Assembly: GCA_951406725.2 (NCBI GenBank)
Contig: OX597825.1
Location: forward strand, 35,464,001 to 35,528,000
DNA from: Octopus vulgaris
Taxonomy: Eukaryota
Direction of reading: 5' to 3'
Length of the DNA: 64,000 nucleotides
Part shown: positions 30,388 to 42,052 of the stretch, piece after piece
Numbering within the stretch: the stretch's first letter is position 1
Layout of the letters: each line of letters begins with the position of its first letter
Translations under genes and position numbers: made by a program
The notes under the pieces: model-generated
The model's input: only the letters and a program-made list of their open reading frames with translations
Database searches by the model: none
What the model was told of the DNA's origin: nothing

Positions 30388-30433
30388 CCACTACAATTGT
30401 TTCTTGTCACTTCTAAGGACATTCATCAGGTGG
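30388..30433 (-). ncRNA. Minimal type I hammerhead ribozyme-like motif
   Basis: Minus strand CCAC CTGATGA a TGTC cttagaagt GACA a GAAA CAATTG TA GTGG: stem I CCAC/GTGG, palindromic stem III ACAATTGT, GUA triplet. Confidence 0.65.
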
Positions 30434-30563
30434 TTTTCAGACCTTCTATTCAATTTTAAATTATATCAATATCATGTATATAATATATATAAAAATAATA
30501 TATATATACACACACACATACACACACATATATATACATAAATACATATATATAAATACATGC

Positions 30564-30617
<54 letters not shown>

Positions 30618-32052
30618 CATATATATATGCATACATACATATATACGTAGATTCATACATACATGAGTGTGTGCGAGTATGTATAAACGTATAAATACAC
30701 ACACATATACACATATACATATATACGTGTGTATATGAGTACATATATATTCACACACATAAATATACATGCATGTGTGTGTGAATGAAAGAGAAAGTAA
30801 GCATGTGTATGGGCAAGTATATGTGTACATGCTTATGCGTGTATGTGTGAGCATGAGTATGTGTATGTGTGAGTATGTGTTTGTGTATAGATATAATGTG
30901 TCAATGACAGTGAAGCTGACATTGCTTATATTTGAAGGAGAGAAAGAAAGAGAGAGAGAAAAAATAAAGAGTGGGAGAGAGAGAAAGAAAGAGGGAAATA
31001 AAGAGGGAGAGAGGGAGAGAAAGAGTGGGAGAGAGAGAGAGAGAGAAAGAAAGAGAGAGTAAGCGGAGGTAAGGGTAGATCGAGAGAGAAGAGTTAGAGA
31101 GAGCATGAGAATTAGTTAACTCTTCACACAAGATTACCTTGCAACACGATAAAGATATTTTCACTCGTATTAACCCTGGATTAATTCGACAGATAAGGTC
31201 AAATCTATACCATATGAAAATCTAATTTTCTTGCATCCGTTCCTCTTCCCTCACACTCTCCACCTTTTGCTCTCCTGTTTCGTCACACTTGCTCTTGTTT
31301 CCTCCCTTTCACACACACACACACACACATACATGCAAACACACACACATACATACATACACACATATATGCATACATACATACATACATACATACATAC
31401 ACACATACGTACATACATACATACATACATACATACATACATACATACATACATACATACATACATACATACAAACATACAAACATACAAACATACAAAC
31501 AAACGTAAATGTGTGTACCCGTGTGTTAACGAGGTGTTTCAGGATATTGTATCAATTAAATTGAAAAGATTTGGAAGCCATAACCTTGTGTTTTAATAAA
31601 ACAGAGTATGACTTTTTTCTTTTTCTTCTTTTTTCTTCTTTTTTTTTCTATTTTTCTATCTTAAAGATCCTTTTCGAAAGTGAAAATAGGAAGAGAAAAA
31701 GCAGGAGAAATAAACATAATGAAGGACACGGAAGAAATCGTAACTGCTTCTATCGCGGCACAAGGTCAAAATGATGTAAGAGTGAAAATGAAATGTATCC
31801 ATCTAGCGCAATCAGCCGTGGTGGATTTTGTTGCCTCGTTATTGTTTCGACGAATCAAAAGTAGTTACGATGGCTTCTTTTTACTTTTTCCTTTCTAGTT
31901 TTTCTTTTTCTTCTTTTTTTCGGGGGGGGGGGGGGGTGTGACTCTGTTACAAAAGTGCACAATTCACAACAATGTTTTTTTTTTCTTCCTTTCAGTCAAT
32001 GTTCTTCTGCAATTTTTGAAAATGACCATCTGGGTTTGGAAATTATAGCATA

Positions 32053-32202
32053 GGCGCAGGCGTGGCTGTGTGGTAAGAAGCTTGCTTCCCAAACACATGG
32101 TCCCGGCTTCGATCGCACCGCGTGGTACGCTGGACAAGTGTCTTCTACTATATCCACGGGCCGACTAAAGCCTTGTCAGTGGATATGATAGATGGAAACT
32201 GA
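32053..32202 (+). mobile_element. SINE family B, 5' part
   Basis: GGCGCAGGCGTGGCTGTGTGGTAAGAAGCTTGCTTCCC...; CpGs intact. Confidence 0.8.
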
Positions 32203-32657
32203 ATGAATCTTAACAGCCCTTCTTGTCTGTGTTACTGCTATTCTCCTTGTCCTGTATTTTACTGTTTATATTTTGTACTGTCGTTACTGTCCTGTTTTTG
32301 TTACCATTTTTACCCCTCCGCAAAAAAATCTCAAATTTTATCTAATTTGCTTTTCGTGGGAAGGAATGTTTCACCGAGGTCGTGTCTCGCCTTGACCTTC
32401 GGAACGCGGAGTAGATGAAACAAAGGCGACTGAAGAAGGGAATTTTCCTTGTATTGTATGTTCTGTACTCTATTTTTTCGTTGTTTAAGAAAAGTGTCCA
32501 TTTCCTTGGTTTTGTGTTTATGTTTTCGTTTCTCATTGTGTTCGACGTTTTTTCGGTGTCCTGTACCCATATATGCATGTATATATATATATATATATGT
32601 AGAGGTAGGTACGTACATAAATATATATATGCATATGTTTTATTTTATTCATTAATT

Positions 32658-32703
<46 letters not shown>

Positions 32704-33339
32704 CCAAACACTATTTCATTATTTTATTAAAGCCGTATTATTTTTGTTTTCAAATCTATTTAATTGTTAAACCGCCTGAAACTACTTTAGTCCCATTCGT
32801 ATCAAGACATATTATATTTAGGCAATGTTTATATTCATCTGATTGATATTTCTATCACCTCGAAAAAATGGATATTTGTCGTTAATCTGTCGTGAAGGCT
32901 ATCTTTTTGTGAACGCTTTTTGTTGAAAAAGAAAATAATAGAAATAACTGCAACAGTTTCATAATTTACTATTGCAGCTACAGACTGGAGTTTGCACGCC
33001 ATAGCTGCTGATTGGCAGGAAAAGTCCACAAAGTGTTTTAAATCCGGTTATATCCATTGTGGCTTCGTACTTCGACAAGAGGCAGTTGATATATTTTTGT
33101 CTCTTCTATTAGCCTTTTGTGTGTCTTTTTTACAGAATACCTTACCCATCTATCACACTTTCAAGTCTGTCACATTATAAATAAGAATTAATAATAATAA
33201 TCAACGTGTCAATACCTGGTATTGGGACCGAAACCTTCATACCGTCAGTTTAATGGTTTTCCAAATAAATTATTTCGGCTATCTGCTAATGAGCTCGAAT
33301 TTCTTTTTTTCCTCGAGCCCTATGATCCATAAGACCAGT

Positions 33340-33640
33340 GACTGGATTTGAACTGCTTGATCAGCCTTCCTATTATCCTGATTTGACCCCCATTTGACTA
33401 TCTTCTGTTCCCCAGTATAGAAAAACACTGAACTGGGAAGTAGTATCGCAGCGATGGTGGCGTCATATCTGCCGTTGATGACATTTTTGAGGGACAGGAT
33501 GAAAGCTTCTTCATCAATAGGATCCAAGCACCGAGAAGTCGATGGAAGAAGTGTGTGGACCATAAGAGGGGAGTATGTTGAAAAATAGATATTTCATGAG
33601 AGTATCTTGGTAAGCCAATGAACTTTTCAACCGACCGTCG
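33340..33640 (+). mobile_element. mariner 3' fragment
   Basis: GFELLDQPSYYPDLTP / DYLLFP ... RWKKCVD..GEYVEK*, followed by a TIR-like end AACTTTTCAACCGACCGTCG. Confidence 0.75.
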
Positions 33641-34171
33641 CGTGTGAGAGTGTATGTGTGTGTGTGTGCACGCATAGATCACACACAAGTTTTACTATCT
33701 CTTTCACTCTCTCACAATCTTAACCCCGGTATTTCTCATCCTCACCACCACCTCAACAACAACAACAACAACAACAGCTGGTCAACATTTTGGTTGTAGA
33801 AGGAGCTAAAACAAACAGAAAAAATCCTTCAAAGTCAGTCATTAATGTTATATAACGTTATTATTTATCAAATCAGTTACTTGCGCTTAGGCATTTATAC
33901 CATAACACATTTGTATTTCCTTTCCCTTTTTCTTCCGCTGCTCCATAGCTTATAAATCTGTTTATCTAACAGAACGTTTCATACGTTCTCAAATGTCTTA
34001 CATCAACCAACACATTTGCCTATTTACTGTGATAATATTAATCAACGCTACTTCTAAATGTAAATAAACTTAAAACTATCATTAAATAGAAATGGAGATA
34101 TGATGTTCAACGATGTCATTTGTTGATAAAAGACAGGTAGTGTATTACATAACAAAACACAAATGAAACAT

Positions 34172-34940
34172 TATGAGGTAGTATCAAAAAGTTTCCGGAC
34201 TAGTTCTGTAGCACGCCAACAGATGGCAGCACACGGTTGCGTCCGCCGTGAGAGCTAGCAGTGACCTTCATGAGGCAGTGTTGAGTGATATCGCTGTTTA
34301 CTTCGCAAATTTGTGTTTTCGTTATCATGTGTATGTTGTAGTCTACGATTTTGTCATGGGGTGGGACAAAGAGTGAACGTGAAATTTTGTGTTAAACTTA
34401 AGACGTCTGCTGTAGAGACATTGAGTATGCTTACAACGACGAAGCAATAGGTTGTAAGCAATGTTTCGAGTGGCACGGGCGCTCCAAAAGCGAAAGAACG
34501 TCCCTGGAAGGCCTGTCACGTGCGTTACCCTCGGAAATGTGGTATTGTGAATCGAGAATTTGCCTCTCAGGGTCAGACCGTCAAGGGAGCATAAAAGATT
34601 GTATTCTTCATGATGACAATGCACCCTGCCACCGAGATCTCCTCACTCGTGAGTTTCTCACCAAAAACAACATGGTATCAATTCCGCACCCACCCTATTC
34701 GCCAGATTTAGCACCTGTGCGGACTTTTATCTCTTCCCCAAGATGAAAATGCCGCTCAAAGGTCACCGTTTGAACACCGTTGTCGAGATTCAGAACAAAC
34801 CGCAGTAAATATTCGACTCGCTCACGGAAAACGACTTCCAGGCCAGATTTCAAAAATGGAACGAACGCTGGGACCGGTGTATTACTTCTCAAATTGACCA
34901 TTTCGAAGGAGATGATGTTAAAACTTGGATTATCGCATGA
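34172..34940 (+). mobile_element. Internally deleted mariner (DD34D) element
   Basis: TIR-like start TATGAGGTAGTATCAAAAAGTTTCCGGACT; QRVNVKFCVKL, CFEWHGRSK, LHDDNAPCH, PHPPYSPDLAP, W.ERWDRCI. Confidence 0.85.
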
Positions 34941-35704
34941 TTACTCATTTTTGCTGAGTTAACTGCAGAAACTTGAAATGAAGTGGTTTACACAAAAGCA
35001 CGACGCATTGCTTAGTGCAGGAATCGAAACCACAATCTTACGATGATGAGTGAAGTATCCTAACTACTAAGCCACGCGCCTGCACCTTAGGAAGTTTACA
35101 GCTGTACCAACTAAAAACATTCAGGACAACTTTTTTTTAGCGTACCATTCAGAGGTCATGTCGCATGCGGTTCCTTTCTCGTTAAAGGTTGCCAATGCCT
35201 GACCTTAATTATGAGAACTTCGCACGGCTTTACTAGCAATTGCTAACAGAGAATAAAGACAGCAGCAAAAAAAAAAATCTAATAAAATTTATATTAAACA
35301 TAATTATAGCGTATCGAAATGCTATAGATATTTATGTCAATTGGATCTAATTTATGAATACTAACTATTGTTAATTTTTTTAATTGATTTAAGTTATTGC
35401 TTAGATAAAAATTATCTTAAATCTGTAATGAAAGAAAAGGCAACTGATATTCTAAGTAGCCACTTCAGAGTTTTGAGGCACTTATATGATGCGTAAATAT
35501 ATATGCATAAATGTGGTTTTGGAAACAGTCAGACAGACTGGGACAGTGATTGTTATGCAAATACCTTGGTCATCGTCAGTGACAAGACATAAACGACAGG
35601 TACAGTCCATCAACTCAGAAATCTGTAGTTTTCAAAGAGATAACCACAGATTGGGATACAAAACACGACAATGTTTGGTACAACTTCTTTCTGTATCTAG
35701 ACAT

Positions 35705-36120
35705 AATGTCTCTCTCTCTTTCTCTTTCTCTTCCCTTCTCCCTTTGTCTCTCATTCTTATGTTGGCTCTTATTTCTGTCCTCACCTTTTCTTTCCTTCTC
35801 ACTATTCTATTGTTCTCTAACTCCATCTCTTCCTCTCCCTCCCTCTCTTTCTCTCTTTCGCACTTCCATTCCTTCTCTCACTATTTTTCCTCTCCTCTCG
35901 CTCTCGCATTCTTTCTTCCACATGTCCTCTCTCCCCTTATACCACCCACTCTTTCTCCCTTATTCTATCTTTCCTATTTATTCTTTCTTTCTGTCTTCTA
36001 TTCATTCTCTCTTTCTTTGTTTTTCTTCCTTTTCTTCTCTCTCTCTCTCGCTCTCTTGTTATGTTTTCTCTTAATTATATCTCCTCCTTTCTCCTCTCTT
36101 CCTCTCTGTTCGTCTTTCAC
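35705..36120. repeat. CT-rich low-complexity tract
   Basis: Polypyrimidine degenerate (CT)n; explains ORFs 35486..36130 and 35706..36074. Confidence 0.85.
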
Positions 36121-36165
36121 TGTACACTAAATGTTAAGAATAGTGAAAGAGACTGCCTCTCTTCA

Positions 36166-36510
36166 ATGAATACACAAACTGATACTGCGGATGATGTAGT
36201 AATGGAGACCTTCTCTCTGACATGACTATAGACGTTGATACAGTGGATGATAATTAATAAATGAGACTCTCTACTGTGATTATAATCATTGGTATAGAAG
36301 ACAATAATGTAATAGAATGTCTCATTACTATGATAATATTTATTAATACAACAGACAATAATTAGTAAAAAAAACCCTCCATTATGACTATAGTTATTGA
36401 TATAGAAGAAGATATATTAAGAGATACACTCATCATGTCATAAGTGTATTTACTAAGGCAACAAACGATAGTTCGAAACAAGAGAGCCTCTATCAAGACT
36501 ATAGTAATTC
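36166..36510 (+). repeat. Degenerate ~54 bp tandem repeat
   Basis: Units starting ATGAnTAT..., with TGATAy ~15 nt in, at ~36166, 36222, 36276, 36330, 36384, 36435 and 36495. Confidence 0.6.
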
Positions 36511-36769
36511 AGCCTGACTTTTGAGTCCCTACTAGGTCACTCGTTGCTAGAAATAGCAATCAAGTCTTTTTCAAATCATAACCCGGTGACTTAAAAGAAA
36601 GACATAATTAACAAATGGATCATGTGTTACTTGTGCATACGATAGAATTTGAGCTTGGCTACTGATGGAATGGTTTAGATCAATGCACTGGCTTGGAAAT
36701 CAGCAACAGTGGCAACAACTATAATTTCTGATAGAGTGACGGACAAAGAAACGGAGATCTCTATGCTAC

Positions 36770-38262
36770 ATCAATAGTTACACGACAAAGTAACAACAAC
36801 AGGTGACATAGTAACGACAACAGATAATTCAGTAACTACAACAGATGGTACAGCAAAACAATAGGCGATACAGTAACCGACTGACGATGATAGAGTAACG
36901 GCAGCAGATGAGACAGTAACAAGGATAGACAGTAAAGTAACACTAGCAGACAGTAACAGATAGAACAGAGAGCACAGTGACATCAGCAGATGTCAAAGTA
37001 ACTACAGCAGACGACACACAACAGGAAACGACACAGCAACAACAGCAAACGGAACTGTAATGACAATCTACCATATAGCAGACGACAAAGTATAAACAGC
37101 AGACGACATACAAACAATGGCAGACGACACAGAAACAACAGCAGATATCACAATAACAACACAAATGACTGAGAGAAACAACAGCTGACAAAACAGGAAC
37201 AACAACAAATGGCAAGTAAAGACAACACACCGTACAATGACAACAGCAGACTCACATACATTAACAGCATCCGACGACACAATCACAAGAGATGACACGT
37301 AAACAAAAGCAGACGACAAGACCACAACAAATGACATTATAACAACAGCAAAAAAGAAAATAACAACAGCAGATGGCTCAGAAACATCACTGGACAACAC
37401 AGTAACAATAGCAGACGACACGGTATCAAAAGCATCCAGCACAATTGTAAACCAGCCGAAACATTAACAACAACAGAAGATTGAGGAACAATTGCAGAGG
37501 ACATAGTAAATAGACAGAGCAGACAGCACAGAAACAAGAGCAAGCGAAAGAGTAACAACAACTGACAACACATTGATAATAACAAATTACACAGTTACAA
37601 CAGCAGACGACACAGTTACGACAACGGACGACACAACGACAGTAGGTGACGAAAGTAACAATCGCACACGACACAGTAACCATAGCAGACGACACTACCA
37701 ACAGCAGACGACACAGGGGCAAGAGTAGACAACACAGAAACAACAGCAGACGATAGAATAACAACAGACAACACAGTGACAACAGATGATGCTAACAAGA
37801 CGACACAATTACAACAACAGGCGACACAATAATAAGAACTGGCGATACTGTAAAGACAACCGAAAATATAGTAAGCACAACAGTTGAAACACTAACGGCA
37901 GCAAATGACACATTACCTCTATTTCTTTACTACCCACAAGGGGCTAAACACAGAGGGGACAAACAAGGACAGATAAACGGATTAAGTCGATTATATCGGC
38001 CCCAGTGCGTAACTGGTACTTAATTTATCGACCCCGGAAGGATGAAAGGCAAAGTCGACCTCGGCGGAATTTGAACTCAGAACGTAACGGCAGACGAAAT
38101 TCGGCTACGCATTTCGTCCGGCGTGCTAACGTTTCTGCCAGCTCGCCGCAACCGACACAGTAACAACCGCAAACGAAAGAGTAATGATAGCAGACGACAC
38201 AGAACAGACGAAAGAGTAACAAGAATAGACGACGCCGTAAAGACAACAGACAACGCTGTAAC
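36770..38262 (+). repeat. Degenerate ~20-25 bp minisatellite (ACAGCAGACGACACAGTAACA)
   Basis: Recurrent ACAGCAGACGACAC / GTAACAAC units over ~1.5 kb. Confidence 0.85.
37918..38147 (-). mobile_element. SINE family A inserted in a minisatellite
   Basis: Nearly identical to 23378-23608; interrupts the ACAGCAGACGACAC array, which resumes at 38148. Confidence 0.88.
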
Positions 38263-38598
38263 ATACAATATCTTTGTATGATGACCATAGGTATCGATAT
38301 AGCTGGTGACAGTAGGTAACAGAGAACTTTAACCTATGCTGTACTTATTGATACGACAGACGACAATTAGTCGCCATGAAATCGACTGATATTATTTCAT
38401 GTACACCTACATCTCCAAATTAAAAGGCTTAAGGTAATGTCTTTGCTGTGTATGTATGTATGTATGTATGTATGTGTACGTATGTCAATATGTGTGTGCG
38501 CACATGCGCCTGTGTATATGTATGTATATTCATCCATATCCATATACATATAACTTCTTTTATATGCATGTTTTGATTGTTTTTTGTCTATGAATACA

Positions 38599-38648
<50 letters not shown>

Positions 38649-38653
38649 TCTAT

Positions 38654-38722
<69 letters not shown>

Positions 38723-38756
38723 TCTATATTGTATATAGAATACGCAGATATTTATG

Positions 38757-38796
<40 letters not shown>

Positions 38797-39340
38797 CATG
38801 TATGTTTATATATGTGTGAGCATGTTTGCATTGTATATGATGAATGAATCCGATAACAGACACGAAAGCAATATCTGCCGTGGTGTATGTTCACTTTCAA
38901 CGGATAGCATTGATTTAAAGTTAGAGATAATAGTGTACGGCTGTGATAGTGGTAATGGTGTTGTAGTGATAGTGGTGGTCGTGGTGTAGTGATATTAGCG
39001 GGGAGGTGGTGGTGTTAGAGGTACAGTGGTGTTGTATAGTTGTGATGATGCATAGTCGCTGTTGTTAAGAGAGTGGTTGTGGTGGTTGTGGTGGTAGTGC
39101 AGAGATAGTTGTTATTGTTGTTGTTGCGGCGGTAGTGGTGGTGCTGGTGCTGCTGCGGCTGCTGCTGTTGCACAGATTCGGCGAAGAAAAAATGAAGAGA
39201 GTTCAAGATAATAATGACTTGTGGAAACTAGAAAAAGAGTATGGTGGGAGAGGGTGAACAGAAAGAAAGAAATAGAGAGGGAGGGAGGGAGAGATAAAAA
39301 GAAAGAAAGAAAAGAAAGAAAGAACGAAAGAAAGAAAGGA

Positions 39341-39384
<44 letters not shown>

Positions 39385-40984
39385 GAAAAGAAAGAAACGA
39401 ACGAACGATTGAAGGAAAGAATGAGGAAACGAAGGAAGAAAGATAGTAGGTTGATGGGGCAGACAGGTGAAAAAGAGCTACTTAGCGGTATAAACTGTTA
39501 ACAAGATTTTATGTTACCATTCTGAAGACTGCCGTAAATTTCTGAAGCAAAAACCCAGATAAAGTAATGGCAATATGGTTCGTGTCTTTGACAGACGTTA
39601 ACATTTATCAGCCCCATGCCTTATGAACTAACGGGTGGGATGGAACCATAACATAGCCTCTCAATCTATTAGGAATAACAGCCGAACCTTCCTCAAATAA
39701 TTCTTTCTACAATAGGCAGGAGGCCCGAAATTTGGTGGGGAGGGAACCAGTCGATTACATCGATCCTAGAGTTCGACTGGTATTTATTTTATCGATCTCG
39801 AAAGGATGAAAGGCCAAGTTGACCTCGGTGGGATTTTACCTCTGATGTAAAGCCGGAAATAAACACTACTAAGCATTTTGTCCGGTGCGGGAGCAATTCT
39901 GCCATCTCGCCGCCTTCGGGTCTTCCTCAAATGATACTGCGCAACCACTTTTAATTAAGTAGGAAGGGCACATTGTCTAATGTGATTCTAGAAAATGGTT
40001 GAAATATAAGATGATATCTGGAACGTCTTTGATCCAACTTCTACCGGATCAGTACTGACGTAGGGATGAGCAATAACAAGATCTGGGTTTCGAGCCATCT
40101 TTAAAGTCAAAATATAGTTTCCCGACTGGCTAGAAATAACAACCAAATTTATATCAAATAACAAATCTTACCGACTTGCAACAAATAGTAAGAAAACATT
40201 GGATTATGTGTAAAAAGAAGGGTATTACTTGATCAAATATGCTTAGGGAATATTCGAACCCTTCAGAAATTCACCCCGTAATTTGTTTACGGTGAACCGT
40301 CGATTACCAACCTTTAGCTGGATCATGTAGTCTTAAGGTAGACTATGGTTGAGACCAAGACAGGGTGGTCAAGTTTGGAACACGTTAGATAATAGCTCTG
40401 AAATTGCAAGTCTGGCCTGGAGCTAAACAGTAACAGTTGTTGTTTAGCTCTGATCGAGCAAACCAATGATCAAAAGCGTTACAACCACGACTATCCTGTC
40501 TTATCTGTAGGCATAGTCCTTTTATGACTACCCTATGCAATATGTTCTAGTTTTTAATAGCGTGGTGCGGTTTGGGAGGGACGTGATATATTGCTGCTAT
40601 TTCTAGTAGGTTGAGCATCTACTTAATGGTTTCCTGTTATTCTCCTGTAAGTCAGCATTCTGATCGGGTAGATTTATGGTCAAAAGTGTTCTCGTGTTGA
40701 TTATCCCGTCTTATATGTTATTTATTCAAAATGTTAGGGTATGATATGACTGCCATAACCTTTCCTTCCTTTCTATCAGGACCACGATACTGTGGGTTTT
40801 TTTTACCTCCATTCTTACTGTAATCTCTCATGCTCTGCTTTTTAATATTAATACCTTATGCCTTAGGTTTTTTTGTTTGTTTTCTTTTTCAAACTTTTTT
40901 TATCCCAGGCAGCATCTTACATACTCTGCAGTGTTGTTTTGCTATTCTTCGTCAACTATTATTGTGATACAATGTTATATATTC

Positions 40985-41365
40985 ATTCTTTTTTTCTTGG
41001 ATTCTTTTACTTGCTTCAGTCATTAGGCTACGGCCATACTGAGGTAGCACTTTGAAAGGTTTAGTCTAACTCCAGTACGTTTTCTATTTAAATCTGGGAC
41101 TTATTCTATCGATCCCTTTTGTTGAACCGTTAACTACGAGTAAGTAAAAAAAATTTAACACCCTGTCAAACAGTGAGAGTACAAACACAAAGACACACAA
41201 ACACTCACACATGCATACACACACACAGAAACACATACGACAGGCTTCCATACAATTTCCATCTACCAAATCCACTCACAGGATATTGGTCATCCTGGAA
41301 CCATACTGGAAGTCACTTGCCCAAAGAGTCATGCAGTAAAACGGAATTCGAAATCACGTGGTTGC
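40985..41365 (-). mobile_element. SINE family B
   Basis: Reverse-strand copy including tail and internal (CA)n. A further 3' fragment lies at 43610-43815. Confidence 0.75.
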
Positions 41366-41574
41366 GATCACTATGCTATTTTTTCGGGGAACCGATGCCT
41401 TTTCTACGACCATTCTCTTTCATCCACCAACAAAATTAGCGAAAACGGTAAGTTTCGATGATTTTTATAGGTACCATAACCCCACGAGCATGGCTGGTAG
41501 TCAGTTTGAAGTTTATTGAACAAAATTGTTTCACAGACGCGTAGACTTAAAATCCTTCGACAAACACTTTAGGA

Positions 41575-42052
41575 CATTGTTTCTCAACCGGAATCCACAT
41601 GACCCTTAGGGGTCCATATAAGATTCTGTCGTTAAAAATTTTGCTCAATAAATTCGTTATACGCAAAATATTTTAACTCTTTTTTTATATATATACAATT
41701 CCTAATAATATTTAATTATAAAAGTATAACAGTGGTTCTTAACTGGGGTCCATATGGTCCCTGAAAGTCTATATAAGATTTTTGGGGGTCCACGTAGCAG
41801 AATAGTAAATTGGGCAACCACAATAGTATTTTAAGGCCCTGAAAAAATTTTGCTTTGGGTGTATGTATTGATATGCATTGCAAAAATCAGCTTGGTTTCT
41901 TTCTCTAACGTTTTACAAAGTTCAATCTACACAAGTTAATGAGTAAAAAATGAAATAGGAATGTTAGAAGTTCGAATGGCTACGAGAGTCTACCAGAATA
42001 AATTAGTAATCAAAGGGGTCCATAGATTAAAAAAAAATGATTGAAGACCTCT
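41575..42052 (+). mobile_element. hAT (Charlie-like) MITE plus partial upstream copy
   Basis: CAGTGGTTCTTAAC at 41730 ... ATTGAAGACCTCTG at 42052, with GGGGTCCA subterminal repeats; the 5' part is repeated at 41575-41625. Confidence 0.6.

Noticed and set aside
36770-38262. Mucin-like Thr/Asp-rich coding exon
   Set aside because: Unit length varies and is not a multiple of three; all plus-strand frames have frequent stops; a SINE is inserted.
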